From NCBI RefSeq assembly GCF_009914755.1, contig NC_060932.1: a DNA stretch of 64,000 bases; one strand, 5' to 3'. This DNA is from the human T2T-CHM13v2.0 reference genome, Homo sapiens. The notes beneath the pieces were generated by a model. It made no database searches and was not told the DNA's origin. It was given only the letters and a program-made list of their open reading frames with translations. Below, piece after piece: positions 1 through 13,345 of this stretch (positions within the stretch are counted from its first letter, which is position 1; every line of letters starts with the position of its first letter). Position numbers and translations under genes: made by a program.

Positions 1-255
1 CAAATAATTTCTAGCCAGTAAAATATGATCAAAAATGATGTACACCACTTGTAGCCCTGGATCACCAAAACTTCTGATATATTCTCTATGCTCTTTTCAA
101 CTTCTGAGCTTGAGAAAATGAAGATAACTTTCAAAATAACTTCTTAAGCCACATATTAACCATCAACTTGATTGCCCACCCATTCTTATTGAATGAACTT
201 GAGCTATCATACATGTTGGAGTCCCTTTGTTAGAGCAGCTAACCCACACTTAGTA
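1..255 (+). mobile_element. MLT1-type MaLR LTR, truncated by window edge; probable 5' LTR of a provirus
   Basis: ttctagccagtaaaatatgatcaaaaatgatgtacaccactt...atgctcttttc resembles the MLT1 LTR motif and the LTR at 2620-3040. Confidence 0.55.
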
Positions 256-368
256 GTTCTGATTTCATACCTTAAACTTGTGTTTACTTAATAGTAATGC
301 AGTAGGTAACCAACAACAAAGAAAAAGACATTAGAATCCATGAAGATGAAGACCCATTTTATGCAGAG

Positions 369-818
369 TGTATCAGATAGCTATTCCTACATAACAAACT
401 ATTCAAAAAACCAATAGTTTCAATGACAATCATTTTAATTCACTCACACAAATGTGGTTTAGCTGAGAAACAGCTGTTCAAGACATGGTTTGGCTTGGAA
501 ACTGTATTTCAATCTGCAGAGATAGCTGGCTTTACCTCCTTGCTATATAGATTTTGCTCTGGTATACTTTATGCACATTCATTCTGGAGCCCAGGCTAAA
601 GATATAGCAGTTACTTAGAGGAAGCTCTTTATACGGTGATGCTGGTGGTGCAGGAGTATAAACACAACAGCAAAACACATTTTATGACACATCTGCTGAC
701 ATTCTACTGGGTAAAGCAAGTTGTGTGTCTTTGCCCAATATCAATGGGCTGGAAAAGTATAGTCTTTCTGCTGAGTTGGAGGAGATGAGGTGAATATTTT
801 CATAATAGTGTGCTCACA
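369..818 (-). mobile_element. Nested ancient MLT1 LTR
   Basis: tgtatcagatagctattcctacataacaaac...acatctgctgacattctactgggtaaagcaag, typical MLT1 antisense signature. Confidence 0.65.
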
Positions 819-1596
819 CTGGGGGAAATACTTGGTAAAAACCATCATAAGAAATCACTTGGAGAGCAAACCAACTGAGCTTTCTAAAAGAAATTATTGA
901 AATAAATTAGCATGCTTATGTTTATAATTTCTTTTGTTTAAACAAAGAACTACAAGAGTTGAGCTCAGAATTCCCAACTTTACATAGAGAAATAAAGGAA
1001 AAGACAGAATTTAGAAATATGGGTTCTCAAAGAGTTGGAAAATCTGAGTGCTAAAGATCCTTAACTGTGGAAAGTAAGAATAAAAAAAGGCTTTGAGCAT
1101 CAAAAGCCCAATAAAACTTCTCAGTTAAAGTATTTCACTATGCAGCAAAGTTCATATTGGTGGTGTTACCTTTCCCCCAAGCCTATTTGTTACACTGGCC
1201 TCAAGGAAACCGTCGTTAATTTGAAAGAAGAAACATGGGTAAGGAAAGGAATCCTAGAGCATGCCCAGGAAGAAACTTTGCATTTAGTTACTTGTACTTG
1301 ATAAAAACACAGGCCTGGCCCCAAAAAAGCCTCCAATTACATAACAATCTTGGACCTTGAAACCTTCAAAAGTAGAAAGCATGCCCTGAAATCTATGCAG
1401 CCCCCAAGGTTTGTTTATAGGCAACCTTTCCTTCAGATTTGGTGCTGGAGGACAATGGAAGAAAAGTCCAGTGGGTAGAGTCAAGGCTACAGAGAATACT
1501 TGTCCAGAGATTTCCTCCCAAATACAAGAATCTGGGTTTAATCAAAGAAGTTTCTCTATTCTTGGTAGAGGGGTGCTTCATAATGTCTGCCCATCA

Positions 1597-1915
1597 TTTT
1601 TATTTTATTATTATTTTTTAGAGACAGAGTCTTTCTCTCTTGCCCAGGCTGGAGTGCAGTAGCCCTATTATAGCTCTCTGCAGCCTTGAACTCCTGGGCC
1701 CAAGTAATCCTCTTGCCTCAGCCTCCCCAGTAGTTGGGACTACAGGTGCATACCACCATATTCAGCTAATTTGTTTTGTTTTGTTTTTCAATTTTTAATA
1801 GAGACGATGTCTTGTTATGTTGCCCAGGTTGGTCTCGAACTCCTGGGCCCAAGTGATCCTCCCGCCTTGTCTCCCAAAGTGCTGAGATAATCGGTGTGAG
1901 GCACTGCACCTGGCC
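1597..1915 (-). mobile_element. AluJ
   Basis: Dimeric Alu in reverse with T-rich tail; AluJ-type cagccttgaactcctggg and gttgcccagg. Confidence 0.95.
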
Positions 1916-1944
1916 TCCCAGTAAGATTTCATAATTGACAAGTG

Positions 1945-2291
1945 TAGGTAGAGCATCTCTATTCCAAAAATCCAAAATTTGAAATACTCCAAAATCTGAA
2001 ACTTTTTGAGAACCAACATGAGGCTACAAGTGGAAAATTCTACACCTGACGTCATGTGGTGGGTTGCAGTTGAAACTTTGTTTCATGCACTAAATTATCA
2101 AAGATATATAAAATTACTCTTATGCCATGCGTATTAGTTGTATGTGAAAAATAAATTAATTTTGTGCTTAGCCTTGGATCCCACCCCCAAGATACCTCAT
2201 TGTCTCTATGCAAATATTCCAAATTCCAAAAAAAAGTGAAGTCTGAAACATTCCTCGTCCCAAGCATTTCAGAGAGTAGATACTGAACCTG
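1945..2291 (-). mobile_element. Tigger4/MER46 (Zombi) DNA transposon, Tigger4b-sized
   Basis: Terminal inverted repeats taggtagagcatc...gatactgaacctg followed by TA; subterminal tcccaagcatttc. Confidence 0.8.
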
Positions 2292-2619
2292 TACCAATGA
2301 CATCTGAATGGCTCACATATGTCCACTTTCCAAATAGGAACTTTAATTACAGTTATCCTGTCTTTATTACACCATTGTTTATTGGATATGTGTGCTTATG
2401 GTAGGTCAGATAATGTACTTTTAGTTTATAGCATATTGGACTGTGAAGAAGCACATCCATTTCTGACTAAAAGGACTTCACAGTGCTCAGAAATCCCAGA
2501 CTTTGAGTTAGATATACCAATTTGTTGGGACTTTGGGCTGTGTCCTTGGGGAAGGGTGTGTTTTTTATGTGTGAAATAGAACACTCACAACAGATGACAA
2601 CTGGAGATACACAATTTGG

Positions 2620-3040
2620 AGGTAACTTCAAGCTTTTCACACAAATCCATGTTTTTCCTTTTTTCTTAGGCACACAGGTAGATTACATTTTCCACCCTCC
2701 TTGTAGCTTCATGTGGCCTTGTGACTGAGTTCTAGCCCACAAAATGTGAGCAGAAGTGAAAAGTGTATTTTCTAGGCCTGCACCTTAGATGTACATTTTT
2801 TCATGCTCTCTTTCCCTTCTGGCTGATCAGAATGGATAAAATCTTCAAGGCGACCCTGGAAGCCATTTGTTGAAAATGGCAGATTAATCAGCCTGTGTCC
2901 CTGAATTACCGCGTAAAGAAGGGAAATTCCTCTGATCTTTTTGCCTGCCTACTACTGTATCATGAGCAAGAAATAAACTACTGTTTTTGACACTATATAT
3001 ACTTTTAGTCTATTTTTTAACCCCCCCAAATGAATACACT
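2620..3040 (+). mobile_element. MLT1-type MaLR LTR (3' LTR)
   Basis: atgtggccttgtgactgagttctagcccacaaaatgtgagcagaagtga...gaaataaact. Confidence 0.75.
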
Positions 3041-3429
3041 TAGCACTATCAAGTGACCTAGTATCTACCAATGTATTGTGTCCTTTAGGCTAAGGACCAT
3101 ACAGGTACTGCCTGGAATTTTTGCAAAGCAATGCCTGTCCCGTTGGTTTCTAACAGCAGACCTCTGCTAATACTGCAGAATAATGATTGGAACAATGCCA
3201 TAGTACACATGGAAGGTATAATTTTATTTTATTTTGCAGCCAAATCTATGGACCAGTCAGAGGCTCTACAACACGTTTGCTGTATTTTCCTTCTAATATT
3301 TAAATTAGATAGAATGCAAGATAGCAAAGCATTGAATCAGAAATGTGTTCTATTTTTCTTTAACTTTAATTCCTATAGCATAAGTACCCGCTGGAGAAGT
3401 AGAAATTCCCTTCCTTTTCAAAAATATAA

Positions 3430-3780
<351 letters not shown>

Positions 3781-3795
3781 ACCAATTATTTCTTT

Positions 3796-4088
3796 TAAAA
3801 TTTATTTATTTATTTCTTTTTGAGACTGGATCTCTCTCTCTCTCATTGGAGTGCAGTGGTACAGTCTCAACCTTACAGGCTCAAGGGATCCTCCTACCTC
3901 AGCCTTGTGAGGAGCTGGGACTACAAGTGTGTGCCACTACACCTGGCTAATTTTTAAAAAAAATTTTGTAGAGACAGTATCTCTCCATGTTGCCCAGGCT
4001 GGTCCTGAACTCCTGGGCTCAAGAAATCCTCCTTCCTCAGCTTCCCCAAAATGCTGGGATTACGAGGCATGACCCACCACACTCAGCT
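3796..4088 (-). mobile_element. AluJ
   Basis: Diverged Alu dimer; TSD ccaagcc(a/c)attact at 3449-3462 and 4089-4102. Confidence 0.9.
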
Positions 4089-4479
4089 CCAAGCCCATTA
4101 CTAATGTGCAAAATAGTCTTCTAGATTTTCAGAAAAACCAACTCTGAACATGCAATTCCTCCAGTTACTTTCATTTGTGATTGTACAATCATATAATTAT
4201 CCTAAAGTTACAGGAATATTTTAGGGATTTCATTTTGTCACATAAGAAGGATTAAATTTTCTCAGTAGTTTGGTTGCCATCTATAATCACTCATGTGGAT
4301 GTAAATATTTTACAAGTCGAAGTGTGCACGCCAATGTCTGTTCATGTGGTTCTTGGTCTTAGCCTGCCAACAGCAGCAGACATCTATAAATACCTCACCA
4401 GTTTTGCATGCCCTCTGTAAATTGCCTGTGTGGTTCCTCAGATGGAAGATTATTTTCACTATTATTATATTTATTTTAT

Positions 4480-4905
4480 TAGTTATTTAGCCTCTCTGAG
4501 GCTTAGTTTGCCTGTCTGTAATTTAGAGATTTAAAAATCCATCTCTAAGATTTAGAACTAGTATGCACAAAATTTCTAGCCCAGTTCCTGGCTTGGTAAA
4601 GTGTTCAGCTAATAGTAACTATTATCATTTTCTATTTCAAAGAGTCAACACATGGCATTTAAGTCCATTTAAGTGCGGGGACTTTGGAGGCTGAAATAGC
4701 TCTTTTAAATTTTGACTTCACCACTTATTACTCACGGATTTTTGGAAATTATTTATAACTTGTTAGTCAGTTTTCTTGTCTGTAAACAAGGCACAATAAT
4801 GAGACCAACCTAATGGGTTGTCATGAAACAAAATAGCATTTTTTTTAAAAAAAATCAAGTGCACACTATCTGGTACATAGTAAGTGCTCATTATGTGGTA
4901 GCTAT
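4480..4905 (+). mobile_element. Two tandem MIR SINE relics
   Basis: MIR core-like cctctctgaggcttagtttgcctgtctgtaa and gtcagttttcttgtctgtaaa...tggtacatagtaagtgctca. Confidence 0.7.
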
Positions 4906-6137
4906 ATATTTATATATTATATACACACACAAACACACACGTGTATGTATATACATAAACATATACGTATACATACACATATACATACACATATACATAT
5001 ACATACACATATACAAATATGCGTATACATACACACATACATACACACACATATATGTATATGTACACATACACATACATACATATATGTATATGTACAC
5101 ACATACACATACATACATATATGTATATGTACACACATACACATACATACATATATGTATATGTACACACATACACATACATACATATATGTATATGTAC
5201 ACACATACACATACATACATATATGTATATGTACACACATACACATACACATACATATACACATACGTATATACATATACGTATACATACAAATATACGT
5301 ATACATACACGTATACACACATATGTGTATACGTACGCGTATACGCACACGTATACACACGTGTGTACGTACGCGTATACGCACACGTATACACACGTGT
5401 GTACGTACGCGTATACGCACACGTATACACACGTGTGTACGTACGCGTATACGCACACGTATACACACATATGTGTGTACGTACACGTATACGCACACTT
5501 ACACACACATATGTGTGTACGCACACGTATACATACACGTACACACACATATGTGTATACGCACACGTATACATACACGTACACATACGTGTATACGCAC
5601 ACGTATACATACACGTATACGCATACGTGTATACGCACACGTATACATACACGTATACATACGTGTATACGCACACGTATACATACACGTATACATACAT
5701 GTGTATACGCACACGTATACATACACGTATACATACATGTGTATACGCGCACGTATACATACACGTATACATACATGTGTATACGCACAGGTATACATAC
5801 ACGTATACATGCATATGTGTATACGCACACGTATACGTGCATATGTGTATACGCACACGTATACGTGCATATGTGTATACGCACACGTATACATACACGT
5901 ATGCATATGTGTATACGCACACGTATACATACACGTATGCATATGTGTATACGCACACGTATACATACACGTATGCATACGTACATATGTATATACATAC
6001 ACATATACATATACGTACATATACATATATGTGTATATACGTGTATGTGTATATACATACACATATACATATATGTATATGTGTATACGTGTGTGTGTGT
6101 GTGCCTGCGTGTGTATATATGTATATACACACACACA
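4903..6137. repeat. Complex alternating purine/pyrimidine VNTR (TA/CA/TG/CG) with 34-, 36- and ~38-bp higher-order units
   Basis: Directly visible; atatatgtatatgtac recurs at 5051, 5083, 5117, 5151, 5185, 5219; a 36-mer starts at 5333, 5369, 5405, 5441. Confidence 0.98.
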
Positions 6138-6829
6138 TTTGTGTCTCCATATATCTCTTTATGTAATCAATCGCTCAACTTTTTACAAAGCTAAATTATT
6201 TACCCAGGTCCCCATTTTGTCAACTCATTGTAGGTACAATGCTTTCTTCTAAAAATGCCTGCTAATATGTCATGTTTATTTTCTTTCTTTATTCGTGTCA
6301 TTGACCCACATATGTTCTGATAAATTAAATTCCATTTTGACTAGTACACTGAGATGGAGTTCATAAATTCATATGCTGAATGACCCTTGTGGAACCTTAA
6401 CCAAAACTGTCATTTGATTCTTCCATACATATGTGTCAAGTTATTAAATGTTAAGCTCTTTCATTTTGTCTTTTTTATGATTATATCCAATTGATCCACA
6501 AATGGCCATCTCCTCAATGGGAAAGTTTTTCGTGATTGAAGGCAATATAACAAAATCTCACTTGTTCAATCAGCCTGTAATTTAAAAAATATAGTTTCTG
6601 ATTTAGAAAATAGAAAATGAGTCATAGTTATAAAAAAATAAAGTTATATGGTAGCTTAAAAGTAATATTAGGAATCAAGCCATATTCTCAATATAATACT
6701 GCCAATAGGAGCATCATAAGGATGTTTCTAAATTACTGCAATTTGTGCTTGATGTTCTACCCAATGAGTTGCCTGTTTGAATCAGACACCTTTTTCACAC
6801 TTCAGATCTTTTCAGCCCCACTAGTCTGC

Positions 6830-7070
6830 TGAGCTTTTGGCCAATTGTTCTAGCCCCAGCTACCTCTGTGGCAACTAACCTGATACAGACTTGAGCCAAA
6901 CTCTTGCAGCCAAAACGCAACAGCACCTTGACTCATGTCCATAATGTGTCCCTCAGCTTTCTTCCCCATGGAACTAAGTAGAGTACTTTTAGGCTTGCTT
7001 GTGCTCATATGGGAAACCTAGAAATGCAAGGAAATTCATGCCTCATCGGGAACCCAGGGGAAAAGGACTC
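6830..7070 (+). mobile_element. LTR16-like ERVL LTR fragment
   Basis: gggaaacctagaaatgcaaggaaattcatgcc resembles the LTR16 motif. Confidence 0.4.
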
Positions 7071-7119
7071 CTTCTCTCTCTCAGTTCTACAAATAGAAGG
7101 AATGTGTACAATTATTATA

Positions 7120-7826
7120 CGTGAATTAAAATTTTAAAAAGGGCTTTTGCACAGCAAAGGACCAATCGACCAAGTGAGGAGACAGCCTATGAAATGGAAG
7201 AAAACATTTGTCAACTGTTAATATCTCTCCCACAACGGACTAATAACCAGAATATATGGGAAACTCTGAAAACTCAATAGCAAGGAAACACATAATTTGA
7301 TTGAACAGTGGGAAAGGATCTAGTAGACATTTGTCAAAAGAGGACATGCAAATGGCCAACAGGTATACGAAAAAATGTTCAACATCACTGATTATCGGGA
7401 AGGAGCAAATCAAAGCCACAGTGAGATGTCATCTCACCCCAGCTGAAATGGCTTTCATCAAAAAGAAAAAAAATGATGGATGCTGTGAAGAATGCTCAGA
7501 AATGGGAATGCTCATACACTGTTGATGGGAATGTAAATTTTTATAGCCAGTATGGAAAACAGTATGGAGTTTCCTCAAAAGACTACAAGTGGAACTACCA
7601 TATGATCCTGCAGTCCCACTGCCGGGTATATATCAAAAAAAAAAAAAAAAAGAAAATTAGTATATCAAAGAGATATCTACACTCCCATGTTTATTGCAGC
7701 ACTATTCACAATAGCCAAGACATGAAGCCAATCTAAGCATCTGTCAACAGATGAATGCAGGTGATTGGATAAAGAACATGAATGGATAAAATACACACAC
7801 ACACAAACACACACATATGGATAAAG

Positions 7827-7864
<38 letters not shown>

Positions 7865-8355
7865 GGAATACCATTCAGCCATAAAAAAGGAATGGGCTCC
7901 TTTAATGTGCAGCAACATTGATGGACCTGCAGGTCATATGTTAAGTAAAATAAACCAGACATGGAAAGACAAATACCACATATTCTCACTCATGTGTGGG
8001 AACTAAAGAGTAGATCTCATGGAGATAGAGAGTGGATTAGTGGTTACCAGAGGCTGGGAAGAGTAGACCGTTGGTGGGGAAGAAGACAGGATGGTTAATA
8101 AGCATAAAAATACATTTAGATAGAAGAAATAAGATATAATATTCAATAGTACATAGCGTGACTAGAGTTAACAATAATGTACAAGTCAAAATAGCTAGAA
8201 GAGAAGAACTGGAATGTTCCCGACAAAAAGAAAAGATAAATGTTTGAGGTAATAAATATCCCTATAACCCTGATTTCATCATTACAGTATGCATGTATCA
8301 AAATATCACATGTACCCCATAAATATGTACAAGTATTATGTATTAATAAAAAATC
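7120..8355 (+). mobile_element. L1MA-type LINE-1, 3' end of ORF2 plus 3' UTR
   Basis: ORF2 remnant SRHLSKEDMQMANRYTKKCSTSLII...HLTP; 3' UTR aatagctagaagag...catgtaccccataaatatgtac; (CA)n at 7828-7862. Confidence 0.92.
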
Positions 8356-8454
8356 TTTATTGCTATAAAAAAGCAGCAGAAGGAGTGACAATAATAGTGT
8401 CAACTCATATTAAGTGTCTATTATATGCCAGGTAGCATGCTAAGCACTTCTCCT

Positions 8455-8610
8455 ATGAAATCGCTTATTTCCTCTCAGCCTCGGTTTCTTCATCCATAAA
8501 ATGGGGGTGATCTCACAGCTATCTCAAAGCTCGAATGCAGTAATTTATGTCAAGCATCTAGTCCAGTGCCTGGCATATGATAAATACTTAGTATTACCTT
8601 TATTATTGCT
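8455..8610 (+). mobile_element. MIR
   Basis: ctcagcctcggtttcttcatccataaaatgggg...gtgcctggcatatg. Confidence 0.75.
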
Positions 8611-8854
8611 GTTATTACTCTTTCAGTTTCTGGAGGGCTGACACATGGAACAGGAAATTCTTATCTTAGATTTTTCTCTTCAGATACGAAAATAGAAACC
8701 ATGGGTAGAAGAATGAAAATAATTGCAACTCCTTAAATGTAAAAATCTTTTCAACAAATACAGCCATTTTATGAAATAAGCTATTCACATCATTATTAAA
8801 TTACTCACTGGAGGAAGCCCAGGATGAGTGAATTTCTGCTTGGGATATTCTACC

Positions 8855-9348
8855 CAGTATTTCCAATAGACATATGATGCTAGCCCATATAAAATTTTAA
8901 ATTTCCAGTAGCCACATGTAAGAAGGTAAAAATAGATTAATTTTAATAATATATTATTTAACCAATAATCTCTAAAATATTATTTCAACAAGTTACCAGT
9001 ATGAACATTTTAATGATATATTCTACCCATTTATTGTACTAAATCTTCAAAATCCAACCTTTGTTTTACACTTACAACACATATCAATTAGGATGCTAAA
9101 TTTTATCCAAATATTTGATCTGTATCTAATGTTATAAGGTTCACAGTTGAAAAAGTAGATTCTGATAGTCATATTGTTCCAGAAATGCTTAAAACTTTTG
9201 CGATAGTGAAAGGATTTATTTTTACATTAAAATTAAAATTAATTAAAATTCAACAAAACTAAAAGTTATTTTCTCAATCCCATTAGCCAAATTTCAAGTG
9301 CTTAATAGCTGTATGTTGTTAATGGCTACCATATTGGGTGGTACAGCT
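8855..9348. mobile_element. hAT-Charlie1 family non-autonomous DNA transposon (Charlie1b/MER33-like)
   Basis: Ends cagtatttccaataga and tttcaagtgcttaatagc...ggctaccatattggg...acag; internal cagttgaaaaagtagattc. Confidence 0.75.
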
Positions 9349-11074
9349 CTAAAACACAGTTGTCAATCAATGACTGGAAGATTGGGTTAAATGATCCTTA
9401 AATCCCTTCCAGTTCTAATGAGTCTATAATTAAATTAATTCAACAAATACATATTCTGAATACAGTATATCCCGGGTATTATACTAAACATTAGATAGAA
9501 TTCAAAGATGAACAAAAGATCATTGGACAAGTTAGTAATACTACTACTGTTTTGATCAATTAGGAAAGACTGATTTGCATTAAATTAGTCATTAAAAAAT
9601 AAATATGTGGATAATTTTGGAAAAACCTCCAAACAGAAGAGACAGAATTGAATGTGACATCAATTAATAAATAAGCAAAATGAAGATGAAAGATAATCGT
9701 GCCTTTCCCTCACTACAAGCACAGTATGAGGAGAAGATGGAGCAATATGTGGTGTGTGCACACGTGTGTGTCTGTATGTGCGTGTACTGTAGTATTATTG
9801 GGAAACTTGTCCTATATTGAGTTGCTGGAGTATTAATTGGGTATCAGGGTTGGAAAAGTGTTATTTATCACGAGGGCTCAAGGATGGAAAAATGAGATGA
9901 CAGAGCCTCCGGATATGCAGAGCATCCAGCTAAACTATCTAATGCTTAAATCTTGTATATAACATCCAAAGAAGTTTAATCATTTTTATAACTAACAAGC
10001 AACAATCTCTCTCTGCTTATGAACCATTAGATGAAGGCCAAAAATGTATAATTTTCAGCCCTGAAATTTTCTTGCAACCAAATTAAGTTAATTTAGAGCA
10101 TTACATTTTATCCCGAGGTCTAATAAGTTTTACTTTTCCATAAACTTGGATGGTGAGAATCAGCAGCTCTCAAAGGAGAAGTCCTGCTTAGTAAAGGAAG
10201 GAGACTAACATGAACTGACTGTCTTTTAAAAGCTGTAACTTAATCAGCTGCTTTATATGTGCTCTTCCTATTAATCTTCATAGCAACACTCTGAGTAAAT
10301 ATTATTTATTTCCACAATTCAGAATGTGGGAACTGGTTCTTGAATCTTGAATCTGGAATTTTGGATCTCATGCTCAATTCATTATATTGCGCAGACCTCA
10401 GATATGTTGCAATAGCTTTAAGAATATTTAGGTTAGGATCGTATGTGTGCCCCTTCCTTTACAGAGTGGTAGAATTGCCAAGAGATGCCTGCCATGCCCA
10501 TTTCTCTACATCTTACCATGTTTCCATTGGTTTAGTAAACTTCTAAAGAAGTTTTCAAGAATCATAATTAAGTTCTCATGCAGTCCAGTTAGAATTCCTA
10601 TGTACCATGTCCACTCATTGCATACTTAACACCAGCTAACCATGAGTCTTTGGTTACTGGACCAAGTGGTTTAGAAACTGTGGATAATTAGATGACTGTA
10701 GTCTCCCTCATTTGTGTTAGAGTCCTTAGTCTTTGTCGGTCACAGGTTACAGATTTTACCACTGGTTTGATTTTTCTTATTTAATGTAACTTTCCAAAAG
10801 ATATTTGCAATGGCATGATTTCTATTCTAAATATGAGGAAATCAGAGACCAAGAAAAGCAAAATAACTCATCAAATCCTCTGTCTGGTGACAGCTCCCCG
10901 AGTAGAGCCCAGTATTTCACTTTAATTCAAAACTATCTTTACACCAGCATACCACCTCTTTAAAAATAAGTCTCAAAGTATAAGCACAAGGGAGTTAAGA
11001 TTGTTTTGTACATAGAGTGAAATAGTTTGTAGATCCAAAGGGAAAGTATGATCAACTAGAAAAGCCACTTAGCT

Positions 11075-11300
11075 GATGTAATATAATGTAAGAGTTCTTA
11101 TGGTGTGCCAGGCATTGGACTAAGCACTTTCATTATTATTCCATCTTATTCTATTCCATATTATTCTATCTTCAAGAACTCTGGGGATAATTTTTAATTT
11201 ATTATAATTTTACAGGGATGGAAACTGAGGCTTAGGAGGGTTTGGTTTCTTTCTTCAGGTAACTCAGTTGATAAGGGGTTAGGCCAAACCTAGAAATTCA
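11075..11300 (-). mobile_element. MIR
   Basis: gtgccaggcattggactaagcacttt...ttttacagggatggaaactgaggcttag. Confidence 0.7.
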
Positions 11301-12399
11301 TGCTCTATCCATGGGTAAGACATGCTTGAATCTTGCTGGATATAACTTTCTGGAAATTCATTTATTTTAGAAATTCACTGCCAAATTTGGTCTGAAGGTA
11401 TTAGGAAATGTTAAAATAAGAAGGAAATGATTCCAAACCACTGGAATTTTTCTCTTCATTTAATTCAATTCAACAATTTGTTATATCCCAAACTGAGGTT
11501 ATATTATTGGAGAATTCTTTAAAATATCTAAAATAATGGGCAAACATATCAGAACAATTGGAAAGATTCTGCAAGGGCTTTATTTCTTAACTATTGAATT
11601 AGTTAGCACTTTTGTATTTTTTGGTGAAAACACAGGTATAACACTTTATACCCATTCCATGAAAACAGCTGCAGTGTATGTTCAGTTTATTCCCCAAGGT
11701 ATGGACAAGGTCTAACAGTCTAATTTATGTTCTTCCATTGCCATTTTAATAGATTCTGACTCAGTTTGTATAGCAGTGGCCCTGATCCAATATCTGGCTC
11801 TAGGTACATTTGCTTTAGCAGATGATTCTGCTACAATAACTTTTCTTCTATGCTTTCCAAGAATACTCTATAGAGAGCAATTCCATCTTGGCCTAGGACA
11901 AGGTGACATAACCAAACTAGTCTCTCATATCCTTGACACTCAGTAATAAATTTGAGGTATTGTAAGTGAAACAGGAATATTGTGACTTCCATGCTGTCAG
12001 ATGAATTATTATTATTGATTCTGCTATTCTTATTTTTATTACCATTCCCACACAAGTGAATCTTAAATTTGCTTTTGAGGTATGTTACTTCCTTTGAAGG
12101 CATACCAGCCTGGTTGGGGGAGAAAGTTTGAGGCTGATTCTTTGGGTAAACTTTGTCAAGTCAACTAGCCTCTTTCAGCCTCTCTCCTTGTCTTTAAAAT
12201 AGCCTGTTTCAATGAAATGATCATGAAAGTTTCCTATAGCAAAACAAATTCTCATTTTCATAAAATACTTTATTATGATATTCACTTAGAATTTATCTTA
12301 ATAAAAATCGCTGCACAGACAAGCTTTCAGATATTCGTCATTCTTTTGTCTTCTGTTCCATTCTCTCTAATTATCTTGAAAATTATACAAACTATATCC

Positions 12400-12640
12400 C
12401 GTTGGTTAAGGCATTTGTTCTGGACCCAGAATACCCAATCCAAATGTTGGCTCCACCACTTATGAGATGTATAAATTAGACGAATCACATACCCTTCATG
12501 GGCTGTAAACCCCCCTATGTATATGGGTAACAATATTATTACCTATCTCAAAGAGTTGTTGTACAGATTAAATGAGTTAATATAAATAAATAACTCAAAC
12601 CTAATAAAAAAACAATTTATTGATAAATGTCACTTATTAT
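12400..12640 (+). mobile_element. MIR
   Basis: ggttaaggc...ggctccaccactt...acctatctcaaagagttgttgtacagattaaatgagttaata. Confidence 0.7.
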
Positions 12641-13271
12641 TTGAAATTATGTATTTGAAATAAAAGCTCAGTGGCTGAAAAAATTATTTGAAACTCAACT
12701 TAAACATATGTGAAAATATATTCATTTGGTTGGGTTGATTTTGTTTAGTAATCATTTATTTGAATATTCATTCACAAACTTGATGATAGCTTGGCCATAT
12801 GTCTACTCTTTGTTTCTCCTGTTCTCACCACTCCCTATGTCTCTCCATTGGGGAATGGAAGTTTGAGTTTGATCTGCTAAGCAATATTTCTTCCAAAAAT
12901 CATAATGTATGAGTTGGAGAGAAGGGAAGGTCAGTCTGTTTTTTGGATGAAGAACTACCCCATCACCTGGAGGATCCAGATAGGAGCCAAATGTGTTCTC
13001 TGAAGTCAGTTCTACTTAGTAAATGAGAAATTCATTGCAGTCACATTATCAATAGGTCTCTAATAATGCTATACTACATAATTTATTGAGAGTTTATTCT
13101 GTGCAAGAAACTGAACTCTACAATTAATTTATATAATTAATTTCTTATTATCCTCTCAACAAGTTTATGAAAATTGAATTATTAACTCCATCTTACGTAT
13201 TATATAGACAGAAAATCAGAGAAGCGAAAAGAGTTCAGGCTCACACAGTGAGTTGGTGAAAAAGCTTAAAT

Positions 13272-13345
13272 CCTTCTCCCTCCTTCCTTCCCCTCCCTCC
13301 CTCCCTCCCTCCCTTCCTTCCTTCCCTCCTTTCTTCCTTCCTTCC
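13272..13345. repeat. (CCTT)/(CCCT) polypyrimidine microsatellite
   Basis: Directly visible. Confidence 0.9.

Larger units (their letters stand above)
256..2620 (+). mobile_element. MLT1 internal sequence (MLT1J-int-like), interrupted by a nested LTR, an AluJ and a Tigger4
   Basis: gacccattttatgcag...cttggtaaaa...ttggagagc...actgagc...gagttgagctcag...agagttggaaaa follows the recalled MLT1-int layout; MaLR-int-like 3' end (gggactttggg...gaagggtgtgttttttatgtgtga) precedes the LTR. Confidence 0.55.

Noticed and set aside
4903-6137. CRISPR-like array of 34-36-bp repeats
   Set aside because: Units are contiguous with no unique spacers, there are no cas genes, and the context is primate DNA
4823-6252. 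ORFs of about 190-450 aa on both strands, rich in Y/T/H/I/V/C/M
   Set aside because: All stop codons need a purine-purine step (TAA, TAG, TGA), which an alternating RY tract lacks, so the frames are open by construction
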